64,000 bases of DNA from Flaccisagitta enflata (taxonomy: Eukaryota). The stretch covers positions 31,124,001-31,188,000 of the forward strand of contig OZ231126.1 of assembly GCA_965153355.1 (NCBI GenBank), given 5' to 3'. The position numbers and the translations under genes are program-made. The notes under the pieces were generated by a model. That model was not told the DNA's origin. It saw nothing but the letters and a program-made list of their open reading frames with translations, and did not search any database. Of this stretch, positions 31,518 to 48,681 are shown one piece after another; within the stretch, counting starts at the first letter, position 1, and each line of letters opens with the position of its first letter.

Positions 31518-32573
31518 TTACACACTAGCACGAACTGATATCAAGAGAAGCGCAATCATTTTTACAGATGCATGTATCAAATCGCTTAAACATCAATTTG
31601 TATAAGTAGTTCCTCCAGAGATCCACATGTTTATGTTCTTATCACTTTCTATATCAAATCAACAGGACCACCACCATTGGGATACCCTGCAGGAGCGGTA
31701 GCAGCGGGAATTCCTACCGTCCCTCCCGGGTTACAACGGTCAGTGAGTCCGACGGTGAAGGAGGAGGAAGAAGAGGAAGAGGGAAACACCGAAAGTAGGG
31801 AGCACCGAGCCGCATCGCATCATCTAGAAAGTAGGACAACCCTGTTTAGTCTGAAGACAATTCTACTGTAATTGATCGTTTCTTTGAGATACATCAGATA
31901 TCATCATATCAAGCCCAACCACGTCCTTCCCTTCATCACTCCCTCAGGTTCCCAGCATCGATCCTCCTCTCCTACTTCAGACCGCCCCCGTCGTTCCAGA
32001 TCTCCTTCTTCCTCTCGAGCTTCTGCCCCAAAAGATCCCTCCGCGTCCTCCTCTTCCTCTTCCTCAAAGCATCATAGAAGCAGCAGTGATAAACATCATC
32101 ACCACCATCATCGCAAGCGCACTGCAGAGGAAACTGCACAGGGTGCTGACAGGTCTGGATTTGCATGGTAGAAGATGCATCGAAGATGTAAATATTTTCA
32201 AGCCTATTATCACCTATCTTTTGTTCTATCAAGGCTGAATTGTTACTTGATTCTGTTGCAGTGCAGTGACAGTCTAAAATATTGAGACTGATCACAGATC
32301 GGTCACGTCATATTGAATGTTATGTACATATATCTTTATTCGGTGAATTTCGTGTATATAGTGTATTTCGGAAAACGGGAAAAAAAAGGTGTGGGTGATT
32401 TGTCAATGATAAAATTGAGAATATTTGCATAATGCATTCTTTACCACTTTCTCTCCCTCATCAGTGCGTCATCTTCCTCTTCAAGAAGTCATCACAAGAA
32501 GAGCAAGAAAAGTGACAGAGACAAAGAAGGACATAAAAGAGATGAAGACATAATCAAGAAGGAGGTGGAGTAG
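15974..32573 (+). CDS. FIP1L1: Pre-mRNA 3'-end processing factor FIP1 (CPSF subunit), complete 12-coding-exon model
   Basis: Phase-consistent exons 15974-16070, 16493-16803, 18011-18136, 20288-20391, 21262-21391, 26011-26173, 29285-29392, 31127-31222, 31342-31437, 31666-31830, 31948-32152, 32465-32573. Acidic N-terminus ([10 protein letters not shown]), Fip1 motif [28 protein letters not shown], proline-rich middle, R/S/H/K-rich C-terminus. Confidence 0.95.
17234..17781. mobile_element. TA-flanked MITE inserted in another short repeat element
   Basis: TA-CAGTATGTTTCAACT ... AGTTGAAACATACTG-TA; flanks rejoin into the GGGCAGCGGCCCC repeat family (16963-17850). Confidence 0.85.
18922..19335. 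mobile_element. Short element with inverted arms and internal 21-bp minisatellite (same family as 23533-23816)
   Basis: GCAGCGGCCCCAAAGGGGAC...GTAGAACACAGGGGGAC arm; CTCTCAGGCCTGAAATCTGCC units in both orientations; inverted arm at the right end. Confidence 0.75.
20379..20466 (+). repeat. 22-bp tandem repeat x4 spanning the FIP1 exon 4 splice donor
   Basis: CTTCCTTGATGGC|GTAAGAATG units start at 20379, 20401, 20423, 20445. Confidence 0.95.
21577..21651 (-). other. tRNA-like pseudogene or tRNA-derived SINE head
   Basis: Minus strand GATGCCATGGCCTAATGGTA...CTTAAGA...GAGTTCGATTCC...TTTTT: A box, B box, tRNA spacing and a T-run terminator, but weak acceptor and T stems. Confidence 0.5.
22322..23372. 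mobile_element. TA-flanked foldback MITE with a nested HINE-like element (~22782-23237)
   Basis: TA-CAGTACAATGGGAGCAAAGACGACCTAGACTGGA ... TCCAGTCTAGGTCGTCATTGCTCCCGTCGCACTG-TA; long inverted arms; the insert begins AACAAGG, has 9-10-bp minisatellites and ends AGTCGCG...ACTAAAAA. Confidence 0.85.
23533..23816. mobile_element. Inverted-arm core of a short repeat element with 21-bp tandem units
   Basis: About 42-bp inverted arms GGGCAGCGGCCCCAAAGGGGACAAAGTCCTGTAGAACACAGG; CTCTCAGGCCTGAAAT... x6. Related copies near 16963, 18922, 27244/28957, 55186, 56370. Confidence 0.85.
25135..25761. mobile_element. TA-flanked MITE
   Basis: GGCTCATAAAAAAGTTTCCAG inverted at both ends, TA on both flanks. Confidence 0.75.
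26290..27052. mobile_element. TA-flanked foldback MITE
   Basis: TA-CAGGGTCATCAATCTC...AAGCT / AGCTT...GAGATTGATGGCTGTG-TA, with internal inverted segments (AGATTGGTCTCAAATG / CATTTGAGACCAATCT). Confidence 0.75.
27481..28890. mobile_element. Non-autonomous TIR element with CA(C/T)...GTG ends (Chapaev-like), nested in a short repeat element
   Basis: About 125-bp imperfect TIRs (CATTACTGTCTGACAGCC / GGCTGTCAGACAGAAGTG); AGGA on both flanks (length ambiguous inside an AGG repeat); the host element arms at 27244 and 28957 rejoin on removal. Confidence 0.8.
29521..30848. mobile_element. TA-flanked MITE, longer relative of 40334-40943
   Basis: TA-TGACGCACTGAAA ... TTTCAGTGCGTCA-TA; 30330-30848 aligns with 40420-40943. 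Confidence 0.85.
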
Positions 32574-32985
32574 ATGAAGAAGAAGAAGATGAAGATGAAG
32601 ATGAAGATGAAGATGAAGATGAAGATGAAGATGAAGAACAAGAATAAGAAGAAGTGGAAGGAGAAGAAGTAATAAGAGAGTGAAGGAGATAGTTGGTAAC
32701 GTGATTTGGCATTGTCCTCTGCATTCTTTGGATTTTGCTTTAAGTGATATGTACAGTAATCATTGAATTGTACAAAGATTATGCACATGAGATAATAGAT
32801 CAAGGCCAGTTTTTTAATATCTCTTCTTCATGTTTTTAACGACCGTGCAACAACAATCGCAACCGCCACACCTGAAGCATATGCCATAGTAGACGGCCCA
32901 ATGTCATGAAATTTTAATTTTAGCATCGCAGGTATAAAAACACTCTATTTGTAATTTCATCTAATTTCTGAACATAGAAATATGT

Positions 32986-33134
32986 TTTTAGTCGCGGACT
33001 AGCGACTCTATAAGAGGCTTTGTCCGTCCGTCCGTTGGTCGGTTGGTGAGCACGAGTCGAAAAGTGGAAAAACCAGCGTTTCCGCCCCTGCCCACCCGTC
33101 CGCGACTGGTATTGGCCGTGTATCCGGCCTTGTT
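32986..33134 (-). mobile_element. HINE / DINE-1-like short element
   Basis: TTTTTAGTCGC...GCGACT hairpin, (CCGT)n, CCGTGTATCCGGCCTTGTT end. Confidence 0.7.
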
Positions 33135-33492
33135 TATGGTCAAACTATAGGTTCAGTTGTAGTTATTGCTGCACAGATGTCAAATTAGTCACTGCAGTTA
33201 CCATATCCTAAACATTAAAACGGTTTTCATCCTCACAAAAATAGCTATTTCGCTGATTCCCGGTTGCCTATTACAAGTATTTGCTGTTTGATATGGGATC
33301 TCAAAACTTTATTTAAAGCAAGATGGAAAAATAAGTCAGAGAAAAATGAATATAAGATATTTAAGTCAAAGAATTTCACTAATCTTTGTTGAGGACTGAG
33401 GAGTAGAATGATTTATTTTACTCTAGTAAAGTCCAAAGAAAGATGGTTTTAATTGACAAATTGCCTATCCTGCGCCATTGTTTACTACTATA

Positions 33493-34050
33493 TACCAGTA
33501 ATGGCGGCTGTGGCCGTGAGGAAAAAGGTCGTTAGCATTGATCAGTTTTCACCAAACTTTTATCTTCAGTCCCAGCTTTTCTTTCATTTGTTAGATCAAA
33601 TCAAGAGCAGTTGTATGTATTGATTGTACTGAAAATCCGGGAAAAATAGAACTAAGCCAAATGAGCTAGATGAGCTAAAATACTCAAAGTCACACAACCA
33701 GATATCCAGCTATGCTCACTGAAATGTTTTTTTGTATCTGCATACTCAAAACATTTATTCATCCTATTTGAAATCAGAAAAAAAGACTAAGCTGAATGAG
33801 CTAAAATACTTTAAAACACCCTCAGAGATGAGCAGCTCTGCTCACTGACATGCTTTCTTACGTCCGCTTGCTTAAACATGTATCAAAATATTTATTCATT
33901 TATTCCATTTTAAAAAAAAAAGAGCTAAATGAGCCAAATGAGCTAAAATACTCAAAAACACCCTCACAGATGAGCAGCTATGCTCATGAATATGTTTTCT
34001 TGTATTTGCATGCTGAAACAAACATAAATACACTTCTTTATTGATCCTAC
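33493..34050 (+). repeat. Interspersed repeat with ~125-bp internal tandem units; inverted copy at ~52790-53187
   Basis: Starts TACCAGTAATGG...AGGAAAAAGGTCGT; GAGCTAAAATACTC...GCTATGCTCA unit x3; reverse-complement copy in an SLC6 intron. Confidence 0.75.
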
Positions 34051-34640
34051 TTAAGATCATAAAAAAAAAAAAAAATTCAATTTGAATTTTTTGTAAATAA
34101 ATCTTTAAAGATTCATGACGCAAAAAATATTTGTTGTGGACTATTTTGCTTGGCGCCAAATGAAAAAGAATAATCAAATTAACTTACCCTATCAATTTTG
34201 TTTGAGGGACCAGTCAGCTGGATGAGTTTCACAACTTCCTCATAAGAAAATGAAAACCCCAAATCTCTCGGATTTTTCAAAAAGTCGAAGACTTTTTTTC
34301 CCGATTATCGGGAAGTCTCAAAGCTTCTATTTAATTCTGTTCAATCACTCACCCAGTGCATACGGCATTCATGTTCAGGAGAGCAGTAAAAATCGGACAT
34401 CTCATAAGAAATTAACTTAGTTGAAGTGGGTCTTTTCCAACGATAGCTATTCCTGACTTCTCAGCTGGTCGAACTGATTTCTGCAATTTCAAAGACTGCA
34501 AAAATAACTGTTGAACTTGAAGTAAAGCAAGCCACCATGCATGCAACCAACTGGCTTCGCTCTCAAAGTACTCGATGCACTCAATGTAATCGGAGACAAT
34601 AATTTTTGGACTAATACAGTAATAACAAATGTTTTGTCAA

Positions 34641-34988
34641 TACGTCAATTGAAACGCCCCAAAGTTGAACACTGGCTCTCACCAATCTTACCATAGACGA
34701 GGCTTGGTAAAAAAATATCTCATGCAAATTTTCAGGCCTCTGGGATAGGGGGAACCTTCGTTAGGATGACCATGAAGTTTCCATAGAAATCTATGACAGA
34801 GACAAAATTTGCATAATAGAAATACTGATTCCAATGCTAATTCAATGCAAACTTCAACCTCACCCTAACGAAGGTTCCTGCTATCTGAGAGGCCCAAAAT
34901 TTTGCATGGAATATTTTTTTACCAAGCCTTAACTGTGGTAAGATTGGTGAAAGCCATAGTCGAAGTTTGGGGCGCTTCATGGGACGTG
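34641..34988. mobile_element. Palindromic (foldback) MITE-like element
   Basis: About 130-bp inverted arms (CACCAATCTTACCA...AGGCTTGGTAAAAAAATAT...GGAACCTTCGTTAGG and its reverse complement); no clear target duplication. Confidence 0.7.
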
Positions 34989-35333
34989 ATACGCAACCAT
35001 TCTGACATCTGGCGTTTGTACGAAAGTAATACATAGTGCTTTGCTCTCAAATAATTGCAATGAGAGCTTAATAAAAGTTTGCCTCTCCCGCTGGTTTTGA
35101 TTTTGTAAACAAGGCCAAGTAGGCCAATATGTGCGACGTGTGGATCGTCAAACGAATGCGTTTCCAAGAGACCGACCGAAAGACCAACGGACAAACCCTC
35201 TTATTGATATGCGTTGTCACAAATACAATTTTTTTGTAGAAAATACCACTGGACAACCCGACGAATGCAGTCAAAGAGAAAATAAGGTCAACGACAATAA
35301 TGAGAAACTAGATCACCCTTATCTTTGAAGACG

Positions 35334-35548
35334 ATGCTTGCAACATTGAGAGAAAAGAAAAGGGCAAAAAAGAAAAGAAAGAGGACGAGAATTATAATGG
35401 CAAAAGATGCAGATGCGGTTTCTTCGGACATTTTTGTCAGCAAATTTGTCACGAGCATTTTGCATCCGATCTTCGTTGCCGTCTTCATCCTCAATACAAT
35501 GATGGGAGCTGTTGATGCCACGTTGAGTGAGTTGTTGTTGTTATTGTT

Positions 35549-35596
<48 letters not shown>

Positions 35597-35675
35597 ACTA
35601 TGTTACTACGGTATTGTTTGAATTTTTAGTGTTCTGTTGTTTATGTAGTTGTATTTATTGTTGTTGCTTTTATCG

Positions 35676-35727
<52 letters not shown>

Positions 35728-37157
35728 GGTGTTATTTTTTACCTTTGCAAGCATTAGTTCCGATTCCCTCAGGCATTTCAGCCCAAGAGATCCGTCACGA
35801 GATGATTCAGGCTGACTCATCTTCCTCTTCCCCCTCCTCCTCCTCCCGTTGGCCTTGGATTGACGAACTTGTTGAGAATCTCAACTCGACAGACGACAGA
35901 CTTTTCAAGTTGGAATCCGCTTTGGTCAAAGTCAACAAAAGATTGCGAAAACTCGAAAAAGGTTGGATGTATACATGTATAATTTGTGTATATGTGTGAA
36001 TTGTGTATAGGCTAGTATGGTCCCTTTGATTGATTGATTATTTGACTGGGCGATACATTGGATGGCTGGCTTGGTTGCTGCTTCAGCTTCAGTCGGATTC
36101 TCATACATTGATCTCGATCAGAGTCAACAGTAGTCAACCATTCAAATAAACGATCGGCTACTAGCAGCTAAATGGATTTTTGCACGCAATTTTAATCATT
36201 CATCTATTTCTTACTTTGTTGATGGTTAATCATTGTGTGTCTGCAAAAGGCGTTGTTCGATGCGAGACGCAGACGTTAACCGGCGGTCCTTTGGACTCAG
36301 AAGAATTCGTCACCAAACATGTCAACTTCGAAACGTAAGCCAAAAAAAAAAAAAAAAAAAGAGAGAGAAAAAACATTCTAAAAATGGGCTTCCTGGGCTA
36401 TGTCTCTTGATAACTTATCAATCAGTGAGCGGATGTATTCGTTGATCGTTGCTTCACTTACCCATTAGTCATTACAAATCAACGTTTTTATGAGTGAATA
36501 AGTTCATTCATTCATTCATTCATTCATTTATACATTTATTCATTCATTCATTCATTCATTCATTCATTCATTCATTCATTCATTCATTCATTCATTCATT
36601 CATTCATTCATTCCTCCATGCATTCATTCATTTTTATACAATGTTATCGTCAGGGTTTGTATGAATCGAGACTATAAGGTCTCTTCGAAGGCATTCATTA
36701 ATTCATCACTCATTCATTCAATCATTCATTCATTCATTCAATCATTCATTCATTCATTCATTCATTCATTCATTCATTCATTCATTCATTCATTCATTCA
36801 TTCCTGTCCACCCCTCCGACCCGTATACTTCCATTTGTACCCCTTGACGGCTTCATCCAAACCGCATAACCCTCCCACACCAACCCCTGTACCCCTACCC
36901 CTCCAACACAAACCCCCTCCGCTCCACTCCTCCCCCTCTCTGACCCGTTCCTTCATCTCAGGCCGTTTTCCACGACTCCATGGTTCAGTTGGGGCATAGA
37001 ATCCGCGGGAACTTGGAGTCGAGGTCAAGAAGCAATTTGGTTTTCCTCGGAATTGAGTTCCATCAACAAACAATCTTTTTCCATGAAACTTAAAGTCGTG
37101 ACTCAAGGAAATAGAAGTGGGAAACTCGACTTACGTTGGCTCGCTTGTGGGAATTGA
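35334..37157 (+). CDS. Secreted or type II membrane protein: hydrophobic leader, coiled coil, C-terminal H-type-lectin-like domain
   Basis: Phase-consistent exons 35334-35526, 35773-35961, 36250-36334, 36962-37157. Hydrophobic IFVAVFILNTMMGAVDA; heptad LNSTDDRLFKLESALVKVNKRLRKLE; CETQ...HVNFETPFSTTP...SINKQSFSM...LRWLACGN* fits the H-type lectin pattern VxFxxPFxxxP...F...WxA. Alternative start at 35397. Confidence 0.75.
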
Positions 37158-37437
37158 CTCAAGGAAATAGAAGTGGGAAACTCGTCTTACGTTGGCTCGC
37201 TTGTGGGAATTGACTCCAGGGAATAGAAGTGGGAAACTCGACTTACGTTGGCTCGCTTGTGGGAATTGACTCCAGGGAAAAGAAGTGGGAAACTCGACTT
37301 ACGTTGGCTCGCTTGTGGGAATTGACTCCAGGGAAAAGAAGTGGGAAACTCGACTTACATTGGCTTGCTTCTGGGAATTGACTCCAGGGAATAGAAGTGG
37401 GAAACTCGACTTACGTTGGCTCGCTTGTGGGAATTGA
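37100..37437 (+). repeat. 56-bp minisatellite x6 made of the last codons and stop of the lectin gene
   Basis: Units start at 37100, 37156, 37212, 37268, 37324, 37380; near-identical, no spacers. Confidence 0.95.
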
Positions 37438-38128
37438 TCGAAATGGGATTTGCCTGCATTTGTTGATTTTCATCACTGTCATGCTTTCCTTGTTGTTCAT
37501 CTATTTGATGTTTAACTCATGACTTTTTTCTATTAAAGTTTAAACCTTGCCTGATGAATTTCCCAAATGTAAATCGCTGATAAGCCTTCCAGATGTACTG
37601 GGACATACTGGGAGATACTGAGATACTGTGAGATACTGACTGCAGCAGATTCAACAAAAGGCCTAGGGCAGTTGAGAGTTGGGCATGACTTTTTACAAAT
37701 AGATTGATATTTCATATGTCTCACATATTCGCACCTTGAAAAAGCTTATTATAATCTACGCAACTATAATCTAGGTTAAGCAAATCAGTGATAAATTCTG
37801 TCTGTCCACCCGTTCTTTCTTCGAACAAAACCTTTCAAACAGTGGAGCCGATCGTTGGTGAAAGATTAATCTTGATATCAAGCTGATATCAAGCTCAAGG
37901 GGCGGTGTGCTAATTGACGATTAGATCGTAAAGATGATAAGATATTTCGAAAGACACGCGTGGGTTGTATAATACTTTATAGATAAAGAGAAAAAAAGAA
38001 TAATGAAAGAGAAATTTTTGAAAAAAGTAAAGCAGGAGAAAGTTTATAAATAGAAGAAGAAGAAGAAGAAGAAGAAGAAGAAGAAGAAGAAGAAGAAGAA
38101 GAAGAAGAAGAAGAAGAAGAAGAAGAAG

Positions 38129-38228
<100 letters not shown>

Positions 38229-38483
38229 TACCCTTTGGTGCATGTTGCAACATTGATCAAAAAATGTCGAATTTCGACTCTTCCTTGAATCAGAAAGCGC
38301 GCAGGTACGTGACAAATGATAATCGTTAATCGAGTACTTTCATGATTTCCTGCCAATTGGACTTGTAACACAGTCTATTAGAAGAGTAGTTTGGAAAAAA
38401 TTCGTCTATTAGAAGAGTAGTTTGGAAAAAATTCGAAAAATACCTTTGGCTTTTTGAGACCTACCGCGGAATTCAGATTTCCC

Positions 38484-38662
38484 TTTTTAGTCGCGGACAC
38501 GCAACTCTACACCTTGCCGTGTCAGTCGGTAGGTCGGTAGGTTAGTCAGTCTGTCGGTTGGTCCGTCCGTCGGTCAGTCACATTTTTTAAATCTGAGCGG
38601 TTTTCACATTACTGCTCCTGCCCAACCGTCCGCGACTGGATTGCCGTGTATTTAGCCTTGTT
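38484..38662 (-). mobile_element. HINE / DINE-1-like short element
   Basis: Same family as 47910-48079 and 59103-59253. Confidence 0.7.
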
Positions 38663-39019
38663 TTAAAGAAGCTTTTGAGCAAGTTGATAATTTTTGGGAG
38701 CCGAATGATGCTAGCCATGAATGAAACAGCTATGAAAGAGCGAATTCTCCTATTTCAGATGGCGCCAAGCAGAATTTTGTGCGATCAATAGTTTTGAATC
38801 TTTTTTTGTTCTATCGCATTTTTTGTATTTTTCCCGTAGGTCAATTTTTTTCAATGATCCTGATTTTTGGCGCTATATAACATTAACAAGGCCGGATACA
38901 CGGCTAAACCAGTCGTGTGCGGGTGGGCAGCGGCTGTTTCTGAAGTCACTGGATCATTTGGGCAGGAGAAGCGAGGCTAAAAACCGCGAAAACCCAAAAG
39001 AATTATAGTGTGACGGACA

Positions 39020-40307
<1,288 letters not shown>

Positions 40308-40333
40308 GATAGGTGGAACAATATCCCTCACTA

Positions 40334-40943
40334 TGACGCACTGAAACTCAAGATAGAGGAATTTACCCGTAGGACGAACAAATCAATCGCATTAGCATTT
40401 CTATGTTATCAATGTCTGCTTTTTTTTTCAACTTCAGTATGTTTGATTATGTAAAAAAAATGATCTGTTATTGCCAAATGATAGAATGGGAAAAAGAAAT
40501 GAAGGAAATTCGACCATGAAGTTGAGAAAAAGTAAAGAAATTAGTAACATCAATTTATTTTGAGCTCACACAGAATTCCAAATTTGCATAGGAAATCAAA
40601 ATTTCCATGAAACAAGAACATAGCGCGCTCAGTAACTGAGTTAGGGATCGCGCTATGTTCTTATTTTGTTGAGATTTTGGTTTTCTAAACAAATTTGGAA
40701 TTCTGTGTGGGTCATAGTACGATAACAAAGTGGGATTTTCATCGCATTTTTTTCTAGTTTTTCGACCATAAAATAAATGTTTCAAGACTTGAACTGACTT
40801 ATCAAAGTTATTTGATGCAAAATATATCTATTCACATGTTAATTGATGAAACCCATACAAAAAATTTCATTATATTTGATGTTTTGAAAATCATGATTCA
40901 TCTGGCTTGAGTAGCTAATTCTATGGTAATTTTCAATGCGTCC
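40334..40943. mobile_element. Internally deleted copy of the TGACGCACTGAAA MITE, nested in the 40313-42502 repeat
   Basis: TIR-like ends and a TA duplication at CAC-TA-TACCC when compared with the empty site at ~12700. Confidence 0.8.
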
Positions 40944-41065
40944 TATACCCAAACTTAAAAAATATGGAAGAGGGCCTTGTGAGCCCTCACTGACTAGTTA
41001 CTACGCGCATCACTCCTAGTTTTCCATTTAGCAAAACTAACTTAGTAAACATCCATTCTGAGTCG

Positions 41066-41465
41066 CACCTCGTAACTCTGTATATATAATCATGGCCAAG
41101 GCGGAATTTTCTTCCTTCCCTCCATCTTACTGAACCTTACTATTTCTACGGTAAATAAGGCGTTACCGCCGGTAAGGTTTTTAACCGCGTAAGAAACGAA
41201 AAGTAATGGCGGCGGAGGAAGAGAGTAAGTAAAATGTACATTAGAGGCTGCGGAAATTAAAGAGCGGAGGCGGCAATGGGACGGACTGAGGAACCCAAAA
41301 CGTAGGGCGGAAGCTGCGGGAATTCGTTACTCAATTGTGAATCCTCAAAAAACATCAGCAATCAAAATTAGGTACCGCTACTTTACAAGGTCTGATCTAA
41401 GAAGCCATAGTAAGAGTACTGCGCGTTATGACGGTTACGTCGATACTGGACCGAGAAAGAGAGAA

Positions 41466-41548
<83 letters not shown>

Positions 41549-41638
41549 TGTGTGTGTGTGTCACCCCGTGTGTGTGTCACTGCGTGTGTGTGTCACCGCG
41601 TGTGTGTCACCGCGTGTGTGTGTGACACTGTGTGTGAC

Positions 41639-41720
<82 letters not shown>

Positions 41721-42385
41721 GGGGAGGAGGTAAAAAACGAAAGGAAACAAAAGTGTGCATGGGTCAGGTGGATTTTTTGACGAACTGAATAAAAAAACGA
41801 TAGAATGGAAACATTTGATTGTCAAGCATGACATGATGCAGAAATAATCGAAGGGGAGAAAGAGAGAAAGAAGCAGAGAAAGAAGCAGAGAAAGAAGTAG
41901 AGAAAGAAGCAGAGAAAGAAGCATAGAAAGAAGCAGAGAAAGAAGCAGAGAAAGTATCAGAGAAAGAAACAGAGAAAGAAACAGAGAAAGAAACAGAGAG
42001 AGAAACAGAGAAACTAGGATGAATTGCAGCCTAAAGATAGGAAAAGAATGGAATGTTCGTTTCCGCATCTTGAGAATGAATTTCCTCTCCTCTTTATTTT
42101 TCCGCCACTATGTTTAAGAGGATTGATAGTTGAGGACTAAGTTTCCGCAACCTCTGCTTGATGGTGCACCAACTCTTTTGGTTCCTCCGTTCATCCCCTC
42201 GCCGCCTCCGCCCTCCGCTCCGCTTTGTTACAAATCCTCCGCCGCTAAGTTTTTAATCCTCCGCAGGGCACTCGATAATTTACCGAAGGTGATAGTGAGG
42301 AAAGCGTCATTTACTGAAATGACAGTAAAGTAACCAAAGATTACAGTAACAGAAGTTCCGCAGTAGACATGAGAGTTATTATGTG
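41066..42385. mobile_element. Non-autonomous element with CAC...GTG ends, long imperfect TIRs and 5-bp duplication (Transib-like)
   Basis: GAGTC at 41060-41064 and 42386-42390 versus a single GAGTC in the empty copy (~12815); CACCTCGTAACTCT / AGAGTTATTATGTG ends; one extra G at 41065; microsatellite-filled centre. Confidence 0.65.
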
Positions 42386-42574
42386 GAGTCTAACCCAAAA
42401 CACTAATGCTTACCAAAATAGCTAAGGGCAAATAATTGTTACCTGTGTTACCAAAATTCAACAAATCACCCGAGGGTAACATTGTTAAGAAACCATACCC
42501 TTGAAGGATAGAATCGAGGTCAAGCTTGATGCGACCGCCGGACATTCTATGTAAAAGAGTAATCTCTTTTTCAG

Positions 42575-47726
<5,152 letters not shown>

Positions 47727-47909
47727 AATCCTTGCATTAATGTATTTGTCAAATTGATTTATTATTCTCGTTTCAATCTTTCAATCTCTTGTAGTAGTAT
47801 ATTTATTTACACGAAGGGTTACAGACCTTCCCGGATGCATTGCCGCTATCAGTTTTAATTTCTATGAATGGTAATGTATTTTTCAGCAATTTCAAGTGTT
47901 TTCCTTTGT

Positions 47910-48079
47910 TTTTAGTCGCGGACACGCGACCCTACACCTTGCCGTGTCGGTCGGTAGGCCGGTAGGTCGGTCCGTCGGTCCGTCGGTCCGTCCATCACAT
48001 TTTTGAATTCCGAGCGGTTTTTGCATTACTGCCCCTGCCCAACCGTCCGCGACTGGATTGCCGTGTATCCGGCCTTGTT
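47910..48079 (-). mobile_element. HINE / DINE-1-like short element
   Basis: TTTTAGTCGCGGACACGCGAC hairpin, (CGGT/CCGT)n, CCGTGTATCCGGCCTTGTT; sits in a T run. Confidence 0.75.
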
Positions 48080-48681
48080 TTTTAACAGATCAAGTAGCGT
48101 GGAGTAAAGCTTTTCTGAGTTTCTATTTCGATCAATCTCATTTTCTTTAAAGAAAAAGAACATTGATGATATTGGTTTTTATCTTACTGACTGAACATCC
48201 TTTAACTAAAAGTTTAGATCTTTTGTAGAAATGCAAAGTAGTATAAAGGAATTGGTCAATGTTAAGCTGGCTGTTGATTAAATGAAAAACTGAGGAACTT
48301 TGATTAAAAGGAAACCAGAAAACTGAAGCATTCTCGTTTTGAGCTGTGCTGATTGGCCATTATCATATCTATTGAAACAAACTAAAGCGATTTTTATAAT
48401 TTAACTAGGTAAGCGGGTATCATTTGGCACAGGTTTGTTTTGATTAAGATTTTAGCATTTTATAGAAATGATCATGAATTGTTGCAGATGCTATGAGATG
48501 ATGAGCTAACACAATATCAGTAAATTTTGCCCTCCACGTATATGTTTCAAGTAGTTGGGCCCGAAATGTGGTTTTGAGATAATCTGGGAAAGAAATCAAT
48601 AGATTGAGGTAGACGAGCAATGACCTACAAGTAGCTAATCAGTAATAAAATGTCGATGAAAAGAATTAATGAATAAAAGAT

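Noticed and set aside
32574..32675. FIP1 stop readthrough or downstream KM-repeat peptide
   Set aside because: A GAAGAT microsatellite in the 3' UTR; no recognised readthrough context.
37100..37437. CRISPR-like array
   Set aside because: Units are contiguous with no unique spacers, there are no cas genes, and the context is eukaryotic; it is a minisatellite.
38373..38434. 31-bp direct repeat as a regulatory or recombination site
   Set aside because: Two-copy local duplication with no other supporting context.
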